Shown: positions 16,473 through 24,335, counted from the stretch's first letter. The stretch: DNA of 40,000 nucleotides from Clostridiaceae bacterium HFYG-1003 (GCA_024579835.1 CP102060.1:1795558-1835557), one strand, 5' to 3'. Notes: generated by a model not told the origin, from the sequence alone. A program made the numbers and translations.

Positions 16473-16841
16473 TTACATCGCCGGATCCTGAGCGTCAATG
16501 ACAATCGGCAGAGCTTCTGGCAGCTCCTGATCCCACATTTCCTTTACGGCGGTCTCGATATAGTGGTTCAATTCGTCCGTGCTAAATCCTTTGATTCCCC
16601 AGCCCTGGATCTGACAGGTCAGCCGGGCCAGTGCTTCTTCCTTTTTCTTCTTCCCGGTTTGCGTCTTCAGATCGTTCTCAACAGATTTCACGGCAATGTC
16701 TGCCATCTGCAGGACCAACTGGATCTCTTTGTTATCTCGGTTTCGGTCAATCCATTCTTTAAGAGCCGGCACCAGCACGGCCGTTATCAGGAGCATCGCC
16801 ATCTTAATAACAGCATCCACAATAATCGTTCTTTCAGTCAT
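16473..16841 (-). CDS. Phage holin, LL-H-like
   Basis: 122-aa ORF with AGGAGG RBS. It has a single N-terminal TM (IKMAMLLITAVLVPALKEWI) followed by a charged helical tail. It follows the endolysin directly. Confidence 0.6.
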   Translation of the reverse strand: MTERTIIVDAVIKMAMLLITAVLVPALKEWIDRNRDNKEIQLVLQMADIAVKSVENDLKTQTGKKKKEEALARLTCQIQGWGIKGFSTDELNHYIETAVKEMWDQELPEALPIVIDAQDPAM

Positions 16842-16853
16842 GCTTTTATCCTC

Positions 16854-17594
16854 CTACTTCTTCAATACACGTTTCAAGAATGAGTAAAGGATCCAGACCA
16901 ACGTGTGTTTGCTGATCGGCCCTTTCCAATCTTCGTTCTTTACCAGTCCATTCTCAACCGCCCATTTCTGTGCTTCGTCCATTTCAATAACCTCCTGTTT
17001 TCTTCCCTTATCCCATTTGATCAGATCAGTCAGAAGCTCCTCCCAGGGGAACTCCCTGCCCGGATCTGTGATTGATCGGTTGACTGTATCCACCTCGTAG
17101 TGACCTAAGATGTGATCCCGGTCAATCAAAAAAGGCTCCTTAAAAGTAGCCTCGTACTGATCGATGATGTATTTGTGCAGCCAAAGCGTTGCCTCGTACT
17201 GTGCGGCCGTCAAGCGCCCCTGGGTGTCCTTGTGTACGCCTTCATGCTCAATCCCTACCGTATAGAGGTTTGGCGGTGCAGAGCGTTCCTTGACGATCCT
17301 GGCGGACGGTGAGCGCTTCAGCGCATGCCATGTTCCATGGTGCAGATCCGCCAGCTGGTAGATCTCACCCTTCCGGGTTACCAGGAAATGGCAAGATACT
17401 TCTGCAGCATAGTGCAGCTCACCGGGTGAAGTCTCTACTTTCTTCACGTTTGTAAGCCAGTTTAAGGTTCCGGGCATCAGCCCTTCCGTAATGTGGTTCA
17501 CGATCACATCCCACTTTTGTGGGGTCTTGAAAGTCGTGTTTCTTCGCAAAGTTGAAATCTTTCCGTTGTAATTCTCTGCTTTTTTGATTTCCAT
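16854..17594 (-). CDS. Phage endolysin, N-acetylmuramoyl-L-alanine amidase (Amidase_2 / PGRP fold)
   Basis: 246-aa ORF with GGAGGAAC RBS. Motifs include VNHITEG, CHFLVTRKGEIYQL, GIEHEG and GHYEVD...DPG, typical of type-2 amidases. Confidence 0.8.
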   Translation of the reverse strand: MEIKKAENYNGKISTLRRNTTFKTPQKWDVIVNHITEGLMPGTLNWLTNVKKVETSPGELHYAAEVSCHFLVTRKGEIYQLADLHHGTWHALKRSPSARIVKERSAPPNLYTVGIEHEGVHKDTQGRLTAAQYEATLWLHKYIIDQYEATFKEPFLIDRDHILGHYEVDTVNRSITDPGREFPWEELLTDLIKWDKGRKQEVIEMDEAQKWAVENGLVKNEDWKGPISKHTLVWILYSFLKRVLKK

Positions 17595-17603
17595 TAGTTC
17601 CTC

Positions 17604-17981
17604 CTATCTCATTTTTTCCAGGACCTGACTGATCTCGACAAAGCTATACCCCATGAGAACCATGGAGATGATAACAGCTCCAAGGATGATCCACATGAGG
17701 TATGTCGGGTTTTTCAACAGGATCGCCAGCCAGCCGTTGCCGTTCTGTTTGGCCTGTGATGGCGTTACTACCATTATTGAGTTTTCGATTTTCTTCAGGC
17801 TGTCCGGAACACCGTTCAGCCGTTCCAATGCCAGCGAGAAGTTCTGATGCTCCGTGTCATTGCGTCTTGCGATGGCCTCCAGCTCATCGACACGTTGTTC
17901 CATTGCCTTGATATCGTCCTTTAGCCGCCCTACCTCTGCCAGGATCCGACCATGCTCGACGGGGTTAATTTCATATGCCAT
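17604..17981 (-). CDS. XhlA-like lysis accessory protein (coiled coil plus C-terminal TM)
   Basis: 125-aa ORF with GAGGTGAGAA RBS. It has an N-terminal coiled coil (LKDDIKAMEQRVDELEAI) and a C-terminal TM (YLMWIILGAVIISMVLMGY). It lies immediately upstream of the amidase, as in the PBSX xhlA-xhlB-xlyA layout. Confidence 0.55.
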   Translation of the reverse strand: MAYEINPVEHGRILAEVGRLKDDIKAMEQRVDELEAIARRNDTEHQNFSLALERLNGVPDSLKKIENSIMVVTPSQAKQNGNGWLAILLKNPTYLMWIILGAVIISMVLMGYSFVEISQVLEKMR

Positions 17982-18468
17982 TTCTCACCTCGTAATAGAC
18001 GTCTGGAGCTGCACAAGGCCGATGTTCTGCTATGCTGCGATGCTCTTCTTTGACGCGATACAGCTTCCCTTCATCAGTCAAAAGCTTGCCGGCTTTATAA
18101 TATTTCTCTGAAGCCCACTTATCAGCCAGCTGCTTGATAGCTTCGGCCTGGCTTGCTAGAGCCGCATCCGGCATGGAGGATAAAAGATTGTCCACTGCAT
18201 TTCGCCGGTTGAACTCATCTACAGCTGCTTTAATCGCAGGGTCCTCAACCGATTCGCCATATAAGACAAATCTTGTAATATCATCTCTTGTTACATTGAT
18301 AAGAAACTGAATGGCTTCAAGGCGCTCCATCTGTACATCTGTTAGCTTTACATCTTCAACCACAGCGGTATCCGGCGCACTAGGTTCATCAGAATAATTG
18401 ATTGTAACTACCGTATTTGTAATTTTATGTTTGAATGGTGACCATCGGTCACCGTTGAAGTGAAACAT
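17971..18468 (-). CDS. Hypothetical phage protein (tail-fibre-adjacent)
   Basis: Track ORF 17971..18483. I moved the start to ATG 18468, preceded by GAGGAGGCTAACA. No family recognised. Confidence 0.5.
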   Translation of the reverse strand: MFHFNGDRWSPFKHKITNTVVTINYSDEPSAPDTAVVEDVKLTDVQMERLEAIQFLINVTRDDITRFVLYGESVEDPAIKAAVDEFNRRNAVDNLLSSMPDAALASQAEAIKQLADKWASEKYYKAGKLLTDEGKLYRVKEEHRSIAEHRPCAAPDVYYEVRNGI

Positions 18469-18479
18469 TGTTAGCCTCC

Positions 18480-19700
18480 TCAAAGATTAGTTACCCTGAA
18501 AAATTCACACTTCCCTTTGTAATTCACTCCGTTCGCGTTATTCCTAAAATACCCAAGTCCAACATGAGTTATCGTTGTAATAAACACACTTAGATATTCT
18601 GTAAAGACCGTCCACCAAAATGAACCGTCAATGGACACATCTAGGGAATATGAAGTGCCGTTCTTCTTGATCCGGACATAGACAGCAGAAGAATCCCACC
18701 CGCCGTTTAGGTAAGGGTCGGATGAGTATTGAGTATCAGAGTTGAACTTGATCACTTGCATTCCAGAATAATTATTCCGGGTGCATTTCCCGAGTATTAC
18801 TCGCTTTCCATTTGTGTTGTTATATAAACATATACCGAAATTCATGTAGTCTAGCCTTGGACACAGAATAGATATCTTTGCTAAGGCAATAAAGTCACCG
18901 GATGGCGCTGCTTGAACAAGGAGCCTAGTATGGTCCACGCCTGAAAGCAAATCCATCATCCCAGATTGGCCGTTTTCAACCCATGTTGCCGCCCCTTGAT
19001 TTATCCATATCCATTTAGGGTCAAGAGTTATGTCATCAAACTCATCATCCATCGGACTGGGGCTAGAAGGTGGTTCGTCAATTGGGTTGGCTCCGGTGCT
19101 GATCGGTGATTGACTAACCCATTGCGCATTGTAATCTTCATTGTCTATTTTAGACAGTACCTGTCCCGCGCTACCCCCAGCAGGCAATCCATTTGCAGCC
19201 TGATCCGGTGATGGAGCGTAAAGCTTACCGGTGGTAGCATCAATCTTCACTTCAGATGACTCCGTGGTTCTTTCCGCGGCCTTAATCCCGCCAAGCGCAG
19301 TATCTGTTGCTTGGGAAATCGATCCGGCAGCTGGTTTTAACATGATAGTATCCGTCAGAGAATCATAGGTTAGCACATATCCGTCCGTCAGCCCGGTCAG
19401 ATCAATGCTCTTACCGCCGATGCTAGACGAAATCCTTACCGCCCCATTCTCGTCAGGAGCTGATACACTGACGTTGTCGCCAGCCAGGATATTCATGATG
19501 GCATTAATTACCTTGCTGGATCCAGAATTACCTATACTGACGTTTTTCCCGGCAACATACGGCACCATATACGCAGATGGGTCATTCACTACTACCTGTC
19601 CTGAAGGCGTTTCAACAACTCCTGGAGCTTGGTCTTCTGAGGTCACCCTGAACTGAGCGTCCGTTTTCCTTTTAAGTGCTTTTGCTAATTCATTGCCCAT
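18480..19700 (-). CDS. Phage tail fibre / receptor-binding protein with a lectin-like (concanavalin-A-like) C-terminal half
   Basis: 406-aa ORF directly after the tail gene. The N-terminal half is fibre-like and G/S/T-rich. A proline-rich linker (DEPPSSPSP) is followed by a beta-rich domain (LDPKWIWINQGAATW...). Confidence 0.6.
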   Translation of the reverse strand: MGNELAKALKRKTDAQFRVTSEDQAPGVVETPSGQVVVNDPSAYMVPYVAGKNVSIGNSGSSKVINAIMNILAGDNVSVSAPDENGAVRISSSIGGKSIDLTGLTDGYVLTYDSLTDTIMLKPAAGSISQATDTALGGIKAAERTTESSEVKIDATTGKLYAPSPDQAANGLPAGGSAGQVLSKIDNEDYNAQWVSQSPISTGANPIDEPPSSPSPMDDEFDDITLDPKWIWINQGAATWVENGQSGMMDLLSGVDHTRLLVQAAPSGDFIALAKISILCPRLDYMNFGICLYNNTNGKRVILGKCTRNNYSGMQVIKFNSDTQYSSDPYLNGGWDSSAVYVRIKKNGTSYSLDVSIDGSFWWTVFTEYLSVFITTITHVGLGYFRNNANGVNYKGKCEFFRVTNL

Positions 19701-21614
19701 TTAGACACCCCCTGTGAAGTACATAGCAAGCTGCTCAATTTGTGTCCTGACATAGCCATTGTTCTTGGTGATTTTTAGCCGGTACTTGGCATAGGGAGTA
19801 GTGTTAACGAACTTGTACGATCTCCATTCATAGACACCCCAACTCGTTTGATTTGTTCTAGTGTCCAAGGTGATCCACTTCTCCCCATCGTAGGCTTGGA
19901 ATGTCCAATCGCGTGGAAGAGCCTTATTCCAGGTTGTATCTTGTCTTGCCTTGATGGAATACTTATCAACGATCGTTTTCTTTGGAAACTCATACTCAAT
20001 CCAGGCCTGCTGTGTTTCAGATGCGTCCCAGAAGTAGTCGCTAGAGGAGGAATTGAAGGCCCGCCATGGGTGGTAATTGATGTTGTAAAGAACATAGATT
20101 GAGCTGGATCTGGCCACACCGGACGGTTTTGTGTTTGAGGTCATTTCTGGAATTAGGTTTAGCGTTTCGTTTGGAGTTTGGGTTTCGATGTCGGACGGCA
20201 ATTCTCCAGGCACAATCGCATCCCCGTAGTAGTAGGCTTTACAAGCCATCGTGAACTTTGTCGAATCCATGTTGAGATTGATTGATATCAGTCGGTATAT
20301 CTCGTGCGAGTTAGTAGAGGTTTCAAATATTTGAATGAAGTCACCAACTTGGAGATGCGGGATGGCAACTGAACTGAATTCAATAACCCTCGTCCGGCTT
20401 CTCATTGTTGCAATTGCTCGTTCCGCAATTTTCCGAAGCTCACTCATTGATGAAGCTTCTGTAGCATCAATCTTTAGAACCTTTTGAGGTAGAATGTTAA
20501 ACTCTACTGCGTCTAGAAATGGAGCAGTATAAACAAGTACATCGTCGCCTGATTTCCCATATACCTTCACAGATTTATACAGATCGTTGTCATCGATAGA
20601 ATAGGTCATCGAGGAAATATCCTCGCCTTCCTTGAAACTCCACGCCACGTACATATCATCTGACTGAAAATCGCGCCTGAAGTGAAAGTCGCCGGATTCA
20701 TCGCATAGATACTCAAAACTTGCAATATCCGACAAAAATGAAAATGCATCTGCGTAAGATTGCCAGGAGAACGTTTTTTCAATCGATATCCCTGTAGGCT
20801 CTATAAAGCCAATTCTCAATCCGCAAAGCTGAGCCAAATCGAAAACTATATCCTCTATTGGTTGCTTTTCGTAGTGGACGGTACTGGATCCGTTCTTTGT
20901 AACAATTTGATCGAGTGCTCGTTTCATGTTGTCCCGAAGGTTTATTTGAGCTATGTGCGGGAAGGTAGACATATGAATTCCATCTACCATGCCCGTAAAC
21001 GAATCCACAAGATCGTTTCCGTATCCCTGTTTGATTTCAACTTTTTTGTTCAGATTCAGAATGCCATATAACGGCCCATTGGGATTGCGCGGATTGACTG
21101 CCCCATTTTTGTTGTCGACTCTGAGTGTTGCAGTGCTCGAACCTCCGAAAGATTTCGAGATAGAAATCGAACTAATATTGAATACTGAACCATTTTTGGT
21201 TCGGGTAAGAGTCACATGGGCAGTCCCTCTTTTCCAGTGAATATTGCCATTTGAAGACCCTTGTAAAACGGCGGGTTCCCAGTCATTAATCGGAATGTCA
21301 GATCGGATCAAATTCCAATTATCGAGTATATTAAGACTTTGATAGGTTGTTGGCGCTTCTGATTTGTATGCGTAGAGACGCCCAAGTCTAAGTACTTCAC
21401 TAGCACCAAGAGTGAACAAATTACCAGCATCATCTTTGTAAAACTTTCTAAGCCAGTTGTACTGCATGGGTGGGATAAATGCGCTAAACCCGCCTGCGTT
21501 CGCCCATGTCCACGTCCCCCCATAATCCTCGCTTTTAAGTATCAGCGATCCGCAGCGCTCTGGCCATGATTTTTTCCGGGCTGTTGAGTTCCACTTCCAT
21601 CCTGTTGAATGCAT
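19701..21614 (-). CDS. Phage tail / baseplate-hub-like protein with a C-terminal discoidin (F5/8 type C)-like domain; 5' end truncated at a deletion junction
   Basis: 637-aa track ORF. An Asp-box SEDYGGTW lies at the junction. The central region resembles gpD/XkdQ-type hub proteins (KKVEIKQGYGNDLVDSFTGMVDG...). The C-terminus reads WRAFNSS..QAWIEYEF..YSIKAR..WTFQAYDGEKW. The first ~25 codons overlap the rha frame and are probably not native. Confidence 0.6.
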   Translation of the reverse strand: MHSTGWKWNSTARKKSWPERCGSLILKSEDYGGTWTWANAGGFSAFIPPMQYNWLRKFYKDDAGNLFTLGASEVLRLGRLYAYKSEAPTTYQSLNILDNWNLIRSDIPINDWEPAVLQGSSNGNIHWKRGTAHVTLTRTKNGSVFNISSISISKSFGGSSTATLRVDNKNGAVNPRNPNGPLYGILNLNKKVEIKQGYGNDLVDSFTGMVDGIHMSTFPHIAQINLRDNMKRALDQIVTKNGSSTVHYEKQPIEDIVFDLAQLCGLRIGFIEPTGISIEKTFSWQSYADAFSFLSDIASFEYLCDESGDFHFRRDFQSDDMYVAWSFKEGEDISSMTYSIDDNDLYKSVKVYGKSGDDVLVYTAPFLDAVEFNILPQKVLKIDATEASSMSELRKIAERAIATMRSRTRVIEFSSVAIPHLQVGDFIQIFETSTNSHEIYRLISINLNMDSTKFTMACKAYYYGDAIVPGELPSDIETQTPNETLNLIPEMTSNTKPSGVARSSSIYVLYNINYHPWRAFNSSSSDYFWDASETQQAWIEYEFPKKTIVDKYSIKARQDTTWNKALPRDWTFQAYDGEKWITLDTRTNQTSWGVYEWRSYKFVNTTPYAKYRLKITKNNGYVRTQIEQLAMYFTGGV

Positions 21615-21882
21615 TTATGAAATCCAGTTTGAAACTCAATGCCTTCGATCCGGTGAACCCCATGGCTAGCAGGCTGAAGCCGTCACGGTTCATGTAGTAC
21701 ATTGGGTATTGTTTGCCCCGGTTCTCGTAAGTCGATTCTTCGAACAATCTCGCTGCCGAATTTTCGGCTGCCAAACTCCTGATAGATTCGAGCACGTGTC
21801 TATGTTCTTTCCCAAACTGTTCCGCTACGATCAGAGAGCTTGTAACCGCCTGATCATTTTTAATAATGGTTAATTCGTTCAT
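21535..21882 (-). CDS. Rha-family phage regulatory protein, C-terminally truncated
   Basis: Track ORF 21535..21987. I moved the start to ATG 21882, preceded by GGAGGAAAG. MNELTIIKNDQAVTSSLIVAEQFGKEHRHVLESIR...YYMNRDGFSLLAMGF matches Rha N-terminal domains. It ends abruptly at ...ARALRIADT, where an antirepressor C-domain normally begins. Confidence 0.7.
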   Translation of the reverse strand: MNELTIIKNDQAVTSSLIVAEQFGKEHRHVLESIRSLAAENSAARLFEESTYENRGKQYPMYYMNRDGFSLLAMGFTGSKALSFKLDFINAFNRMEVELNSPEKIMARALRIADT

Positions 21883-21890
21883 CTTTCCTC

Positions 21891-22046
21891 CTACCATCGA
21901 AGTGTGATTCTGATAGTGTTGTCTTTCTTGAGCATGAATGTTACTGATTCGTGATCCTCGGAGATCCGCCGCCAGCTCCATGGCCAAAGGCCGTAAAACT
22001 TGAGCAGCATATGGTCCCGTTCCTGCTTGGTTAGTTGTTCAAACAT
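21891..22046 (-). CDS. Small phage protein (51 aa) with a sigma-region-4-like LTxxER motif
   Basis: My translation is MFEQLTKQERDHMLLKFYGLWPWSWRRISEDHESVTFMLKKDNTIRITLRW. The ATG at 22046 overlaps the end of the upstream small ORF. Confidence 0.35.
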   Translation of the reverse strand: MFEQLTKQERDHMLLKFYGLWPWSWRRISEDHESVTFMLKKDNTIRITLRW

Positions 22047-22198
22047 CCGACCAGCTCCCCGGTCTGCTGATCCTCGTAGATATCAGCACCGGCATGAAAG
22101 TCTGATCCGACATACCGGACATGTTTCTTCAGCAGCTCCTTTTGGCTAAGTATCTCGATATCGATCGCCCGATCGTAGCAGTCAACACACATTTTCAT
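22031..22198 (-). CDS. Small phage protein (55 aa)
   Basis: My translation is MKMCVDCYDRAIDIEILSQKELLKKHVRYVGSDFHAGADIYEDQQTGELVGCLNN. A strong RBS, AAGGAGGG, lies 9 nt upstream of ATG 22198. Confidence 0.4.
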   Translation of the reverse strand: MKMCVDCYDRAIDIEILSQKELLKKHVRYVGSDFHAGADIYEDQQTGELVGCLNN

Positions 22199-22213
22199 TG
22201 ATTACCGCCCTCC

Positions 22214-22390
22214 TTAAATGATTAGACTTGCGATCTGCTGCAGCTTTTCTCTCAGCCGTTGCGCTTCCAGTCTGGCTTCGTCCCGCTCCTTCTCAGCCCT
22301 GATCTGTCCGTAAGTCTTTTTCTCTCCGCCAGCCAGCTCAATGATCCTTGCAGTCGCATACCGTGCTCCAGGGAGCTTGTCGAGGAGGAT
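22214..22390 (-). pseudogene. 5'-truncated fragment of an early-operon gene (no start codon)
   Basis: The open frame reads ILLDKLPGARYATARIIELAGGEKKTYGQIRAEKERDEARLEAQRLREKLQQIASLII. It follows a TAG and contains no ATG/GTG/TTG. It abuts the truncated XRE gene head to head. Confidence 0.45.
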
Positions 22391-22699
22391 CTATGTGAAT
22401 TAACTGGGTACAAATCACGAACAACTATAGCTAAAGTGGAAAATGGCGACATTGATCTAACACAATCAAAACTTGCGCTATTCGCTGCCGCCTTAAAAAC
22501 AACACCTGAAGAGCTCACCGCAGGAGTCGCTGATGAAATTCTTTCCGAGAACCCGTTTCTCGGATTGATGATTACTATGGATAAAACTCATGCTCGGTAC
22601 CGACTCCCGTTCTCTGAGCTTCCGGAAGATATCCAGTCGAAACTAACGTCAGCCGCTGTATTGGCTGCTCTAGAGTATTACCGTCATTTAGACAAGTGA
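22259..22699 (+). pseudogene. XRE-family HTH repressor remnant, N-terminally truncated
   Basis: The track ORF begins at a TTG inside antisense sequence. HTH_3-like sequence only starts near 22365 (EEDLCELTGYKSRTTIAKVENGDIDLTQSKLALFAAALKTTPEEL). Helix 1 and any plausible start or RBS are missing. Confidence 0.5.
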
Positions 22700-22856
22700 G
22701 GATTTGATTTAATAATGTTAGGTATTGTTCCATTTCGTCCCTCCGTTTTTCGTACACATGTTCTATTTCCATGGTAGCATATCGGAGGGACAAAACCGGG
22801 GACTCGGTCTGGGCTAAAAATTCGGTTGGGTTATCCACAAGAAAGGAGAAAAAACA

Positions 22857-23885
22857 TTGGAAATTGGGAAAATGTTGGTCCGAAAAAAGGACAAGGGTTA
22901 TCAGTATGTGATACCGGTCAAAAAAAATAAATCCTGGATTCAGTTATCCAAACAAGGATTTAAGACGGCCAAAGAAGCTAGGGCGGCTGGAAATGAGCGG
23001 ATCAAAGAGCTGCTGGAAGAAGTACCAATGCCTGTTCAGTCAGAAGACATCACTTTTGGGAAGGTTGCAAAGCTGCTGGAGCTTGAAGGCAACAAGGCGC
23101 TGGCCACAAAGGCAGCTTACGGCGCATGGGCATCAGTGTTTGATGCGATCAGCGACAAACCGGTGAAAGATGTGACTTATCAGGATGTGGCGGATATCAT
23201 TTTTAAGTACCGGGAAACCCACACTCACGAAACCACGGTGCAGGTGAAGAAGCACGGATCCAGGATCATGAAGCACGCCATCAAAAAGCTAAAGGCCACT
23301 ACATATGACCCATTCGAAGATCTTGAGCTAAAAGCTCCGACTCTCTCAGAGAAGAGCGAAAAGACGGCGTTGACGCCTTCACAGATCAATGCCCTGCTGG
23401 ACTGCATGACAGGGTATGAGAAGCTTCTGACCGCTTTCATGGCCCTATGCGGCCTCCGGATCTCCGAGGCAAGAGGGCTTACCCGGGCGGCGATCCAAGA
23501 CGGCAAACTCTCGGTGTTCCAACAGCGAACGGATAAAGAGCTAAAGAGTACGCTTAAGACAAAAAATAGTTACCGTGATGTTCCGATCCCGAAACGCCTG
23601 ATGGAGCTATACCAGGAATATCCAGCTCCAATCAAAGATGACTCGCTGATCTTCCAAAAAATGATTTACTCAAAAACTATTACGTCCCACTATGAAAAAG
23701 CAGGTTTCGCTATTACTCCTCATGAGCTCCGGCACAGCTATACTACTAACTGTATCTCAGCCGGAATCGACTACAAGACGACAGCGGCTCTAATCGGTGA
23801 CTCCGTAGAAATGGTGTATAAGGTATACAGCCACGTCAACGCTGACATGATGGATCGTGCAGCCAAACTTCTAGAGGGTTTTTAA
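22857..23885 (+). CDS. int: Tyrosine-type phage integrase with an AP2-like arm-binding N-terminus
   Basis: 342-aa ORF with TTG start 8 nt after AGGAG. Catalytic motifs are GLRISEARGL, HELRHSY and VYSHV (Tyr). The N-terminus (KGYQYVIPVKKNKSWIQLSKQGFKTAKEARAA) resembles integrase arm-type DNA-binding domains. Confidence 0.9.
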   Translation: MEIGKMLVRKKDKGYQYVIPVKKNKSWIQLSKQGFKTAKEARAAGNERIKELLEEVPMPVQSEDITFGKVAKLLELEGNKALATKAAYGAWASVFDAISDKPVKDVTYQDVADIIFKYRETHTHETTVQVKKHGSRIMKHAIKKLKATTYDPFEDLELKAPTLSEKSEKTALTPSQINALLDCMTGYEKLLTAFMALCGLRISEARGLTRAAIQDGKLSVFQQRTDKELKSTLKTKNSYRDVPIPKRLMELYQEYPAPIKDDSLIFQKMIYSKTITSHYEKAGFAITPHELRHSYTTNCISAGIDYKTTAALIGDSVEMVYKVYSHVNADMMDRAAKLLEGF

Positions 23886-23910
23886 ATTTCTGACGAATTT
23901 CTGACGAAAA
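23885..23910. repeat. Right copy of the 26-bp (2 x 11 bp) repeat
   Basis: Exact match to 7252-7277. It starts at the last base of the integrase stop codon (TAA 23883-23885) and lies 34 bp inside the right 17-mer. Confidence 0.65.
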
Positions 23911-23944
23911 GACAGATAAACCGCACGGTTGAACGATTCGTAGT

Positions 23945-23961
23945 TTAACCTAAAATTAAAA
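23945..23961. repeat. Right copy of the 17-bp direct repeat (candidate attR core)
   Basis: Exact match to 7137-7153. Confidence 0.7.
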
Positions 23962-24100
23962 GTCGCTGTTATAAAAATATCAAATACCGCGCCAAATGAT
24001 ATCTTCTCCTCAGACTAAAGAATTATTCCCCTTTTGATTCAGTTATTATTTCCAGATTCTGGTTTCGGACTCTAATTTGAAGATTCCAGTGACAGTGCTG

Positions 24101-24148
24101 CCTGATTCCTGATTCTGATCACGGAGTCCTGATGATAAAGTCCTGATG
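24101..24148 (+). promoter_or_regulatory. Cluster of five (T)CCTGAT-type direct repeats upstream of the giant gene
   Basis: CCTGAT (24101-24106), TCCTGAT (24107-24113), TCTGAT (24114-24119), and AGTCCTGATG twice (24125-24134 and 24139-24148). The cluster lies about 190-235 bp upstream of ATG 24336. Confidence 0.3.
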
Positions 24149-24335
24149 CTGGATTGAGATCCCCGTATTCTAAATTTTAAGAACGGAAAAAATCAGAAAT
24201 GAGCAGGCCGATTGGTGAAATTATGACAAATCTAATAACATTCAGCCATTGGGACGAAAACAGGCGAAGATGGGCAAGCATTCCGCGCCAATGGCCATTA
24301 TAATGATAGATAAGCAGAACCACGGAGGTGACGAT

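Larger units (their letters stand above)
7137..23961. mobile_element. Decayed (cryptic) prophage, about 16.8 kb, bounded by a 17-bp direct repeat
   Basis: Exact repeats lie at both ends. Contents are a tyrosine integrase at the right end, a Rha-like gene, tail and receptor-binding genes, and a lysis cassette. There are no terminase, portal, capsid, tube, tape-measure, replication or excisionase genes, and at least two gene-truncating junctions. Confidence 0.8.

Noticed and set aside
18480-21614. A diversity-generating retroelement acting on the receptor-binding genes.
   Set aside because: There is no reverse transcriptase gene anywhere in the window. I saw no template-repeat copy of either C-terminal region.
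22252-22518. 88-aa minus-strand ORF.
   Set aside because: It is in a different frame from the fragment that shows protein-like sequence, overlaps the XRE remnant antisense, and has no RBS.
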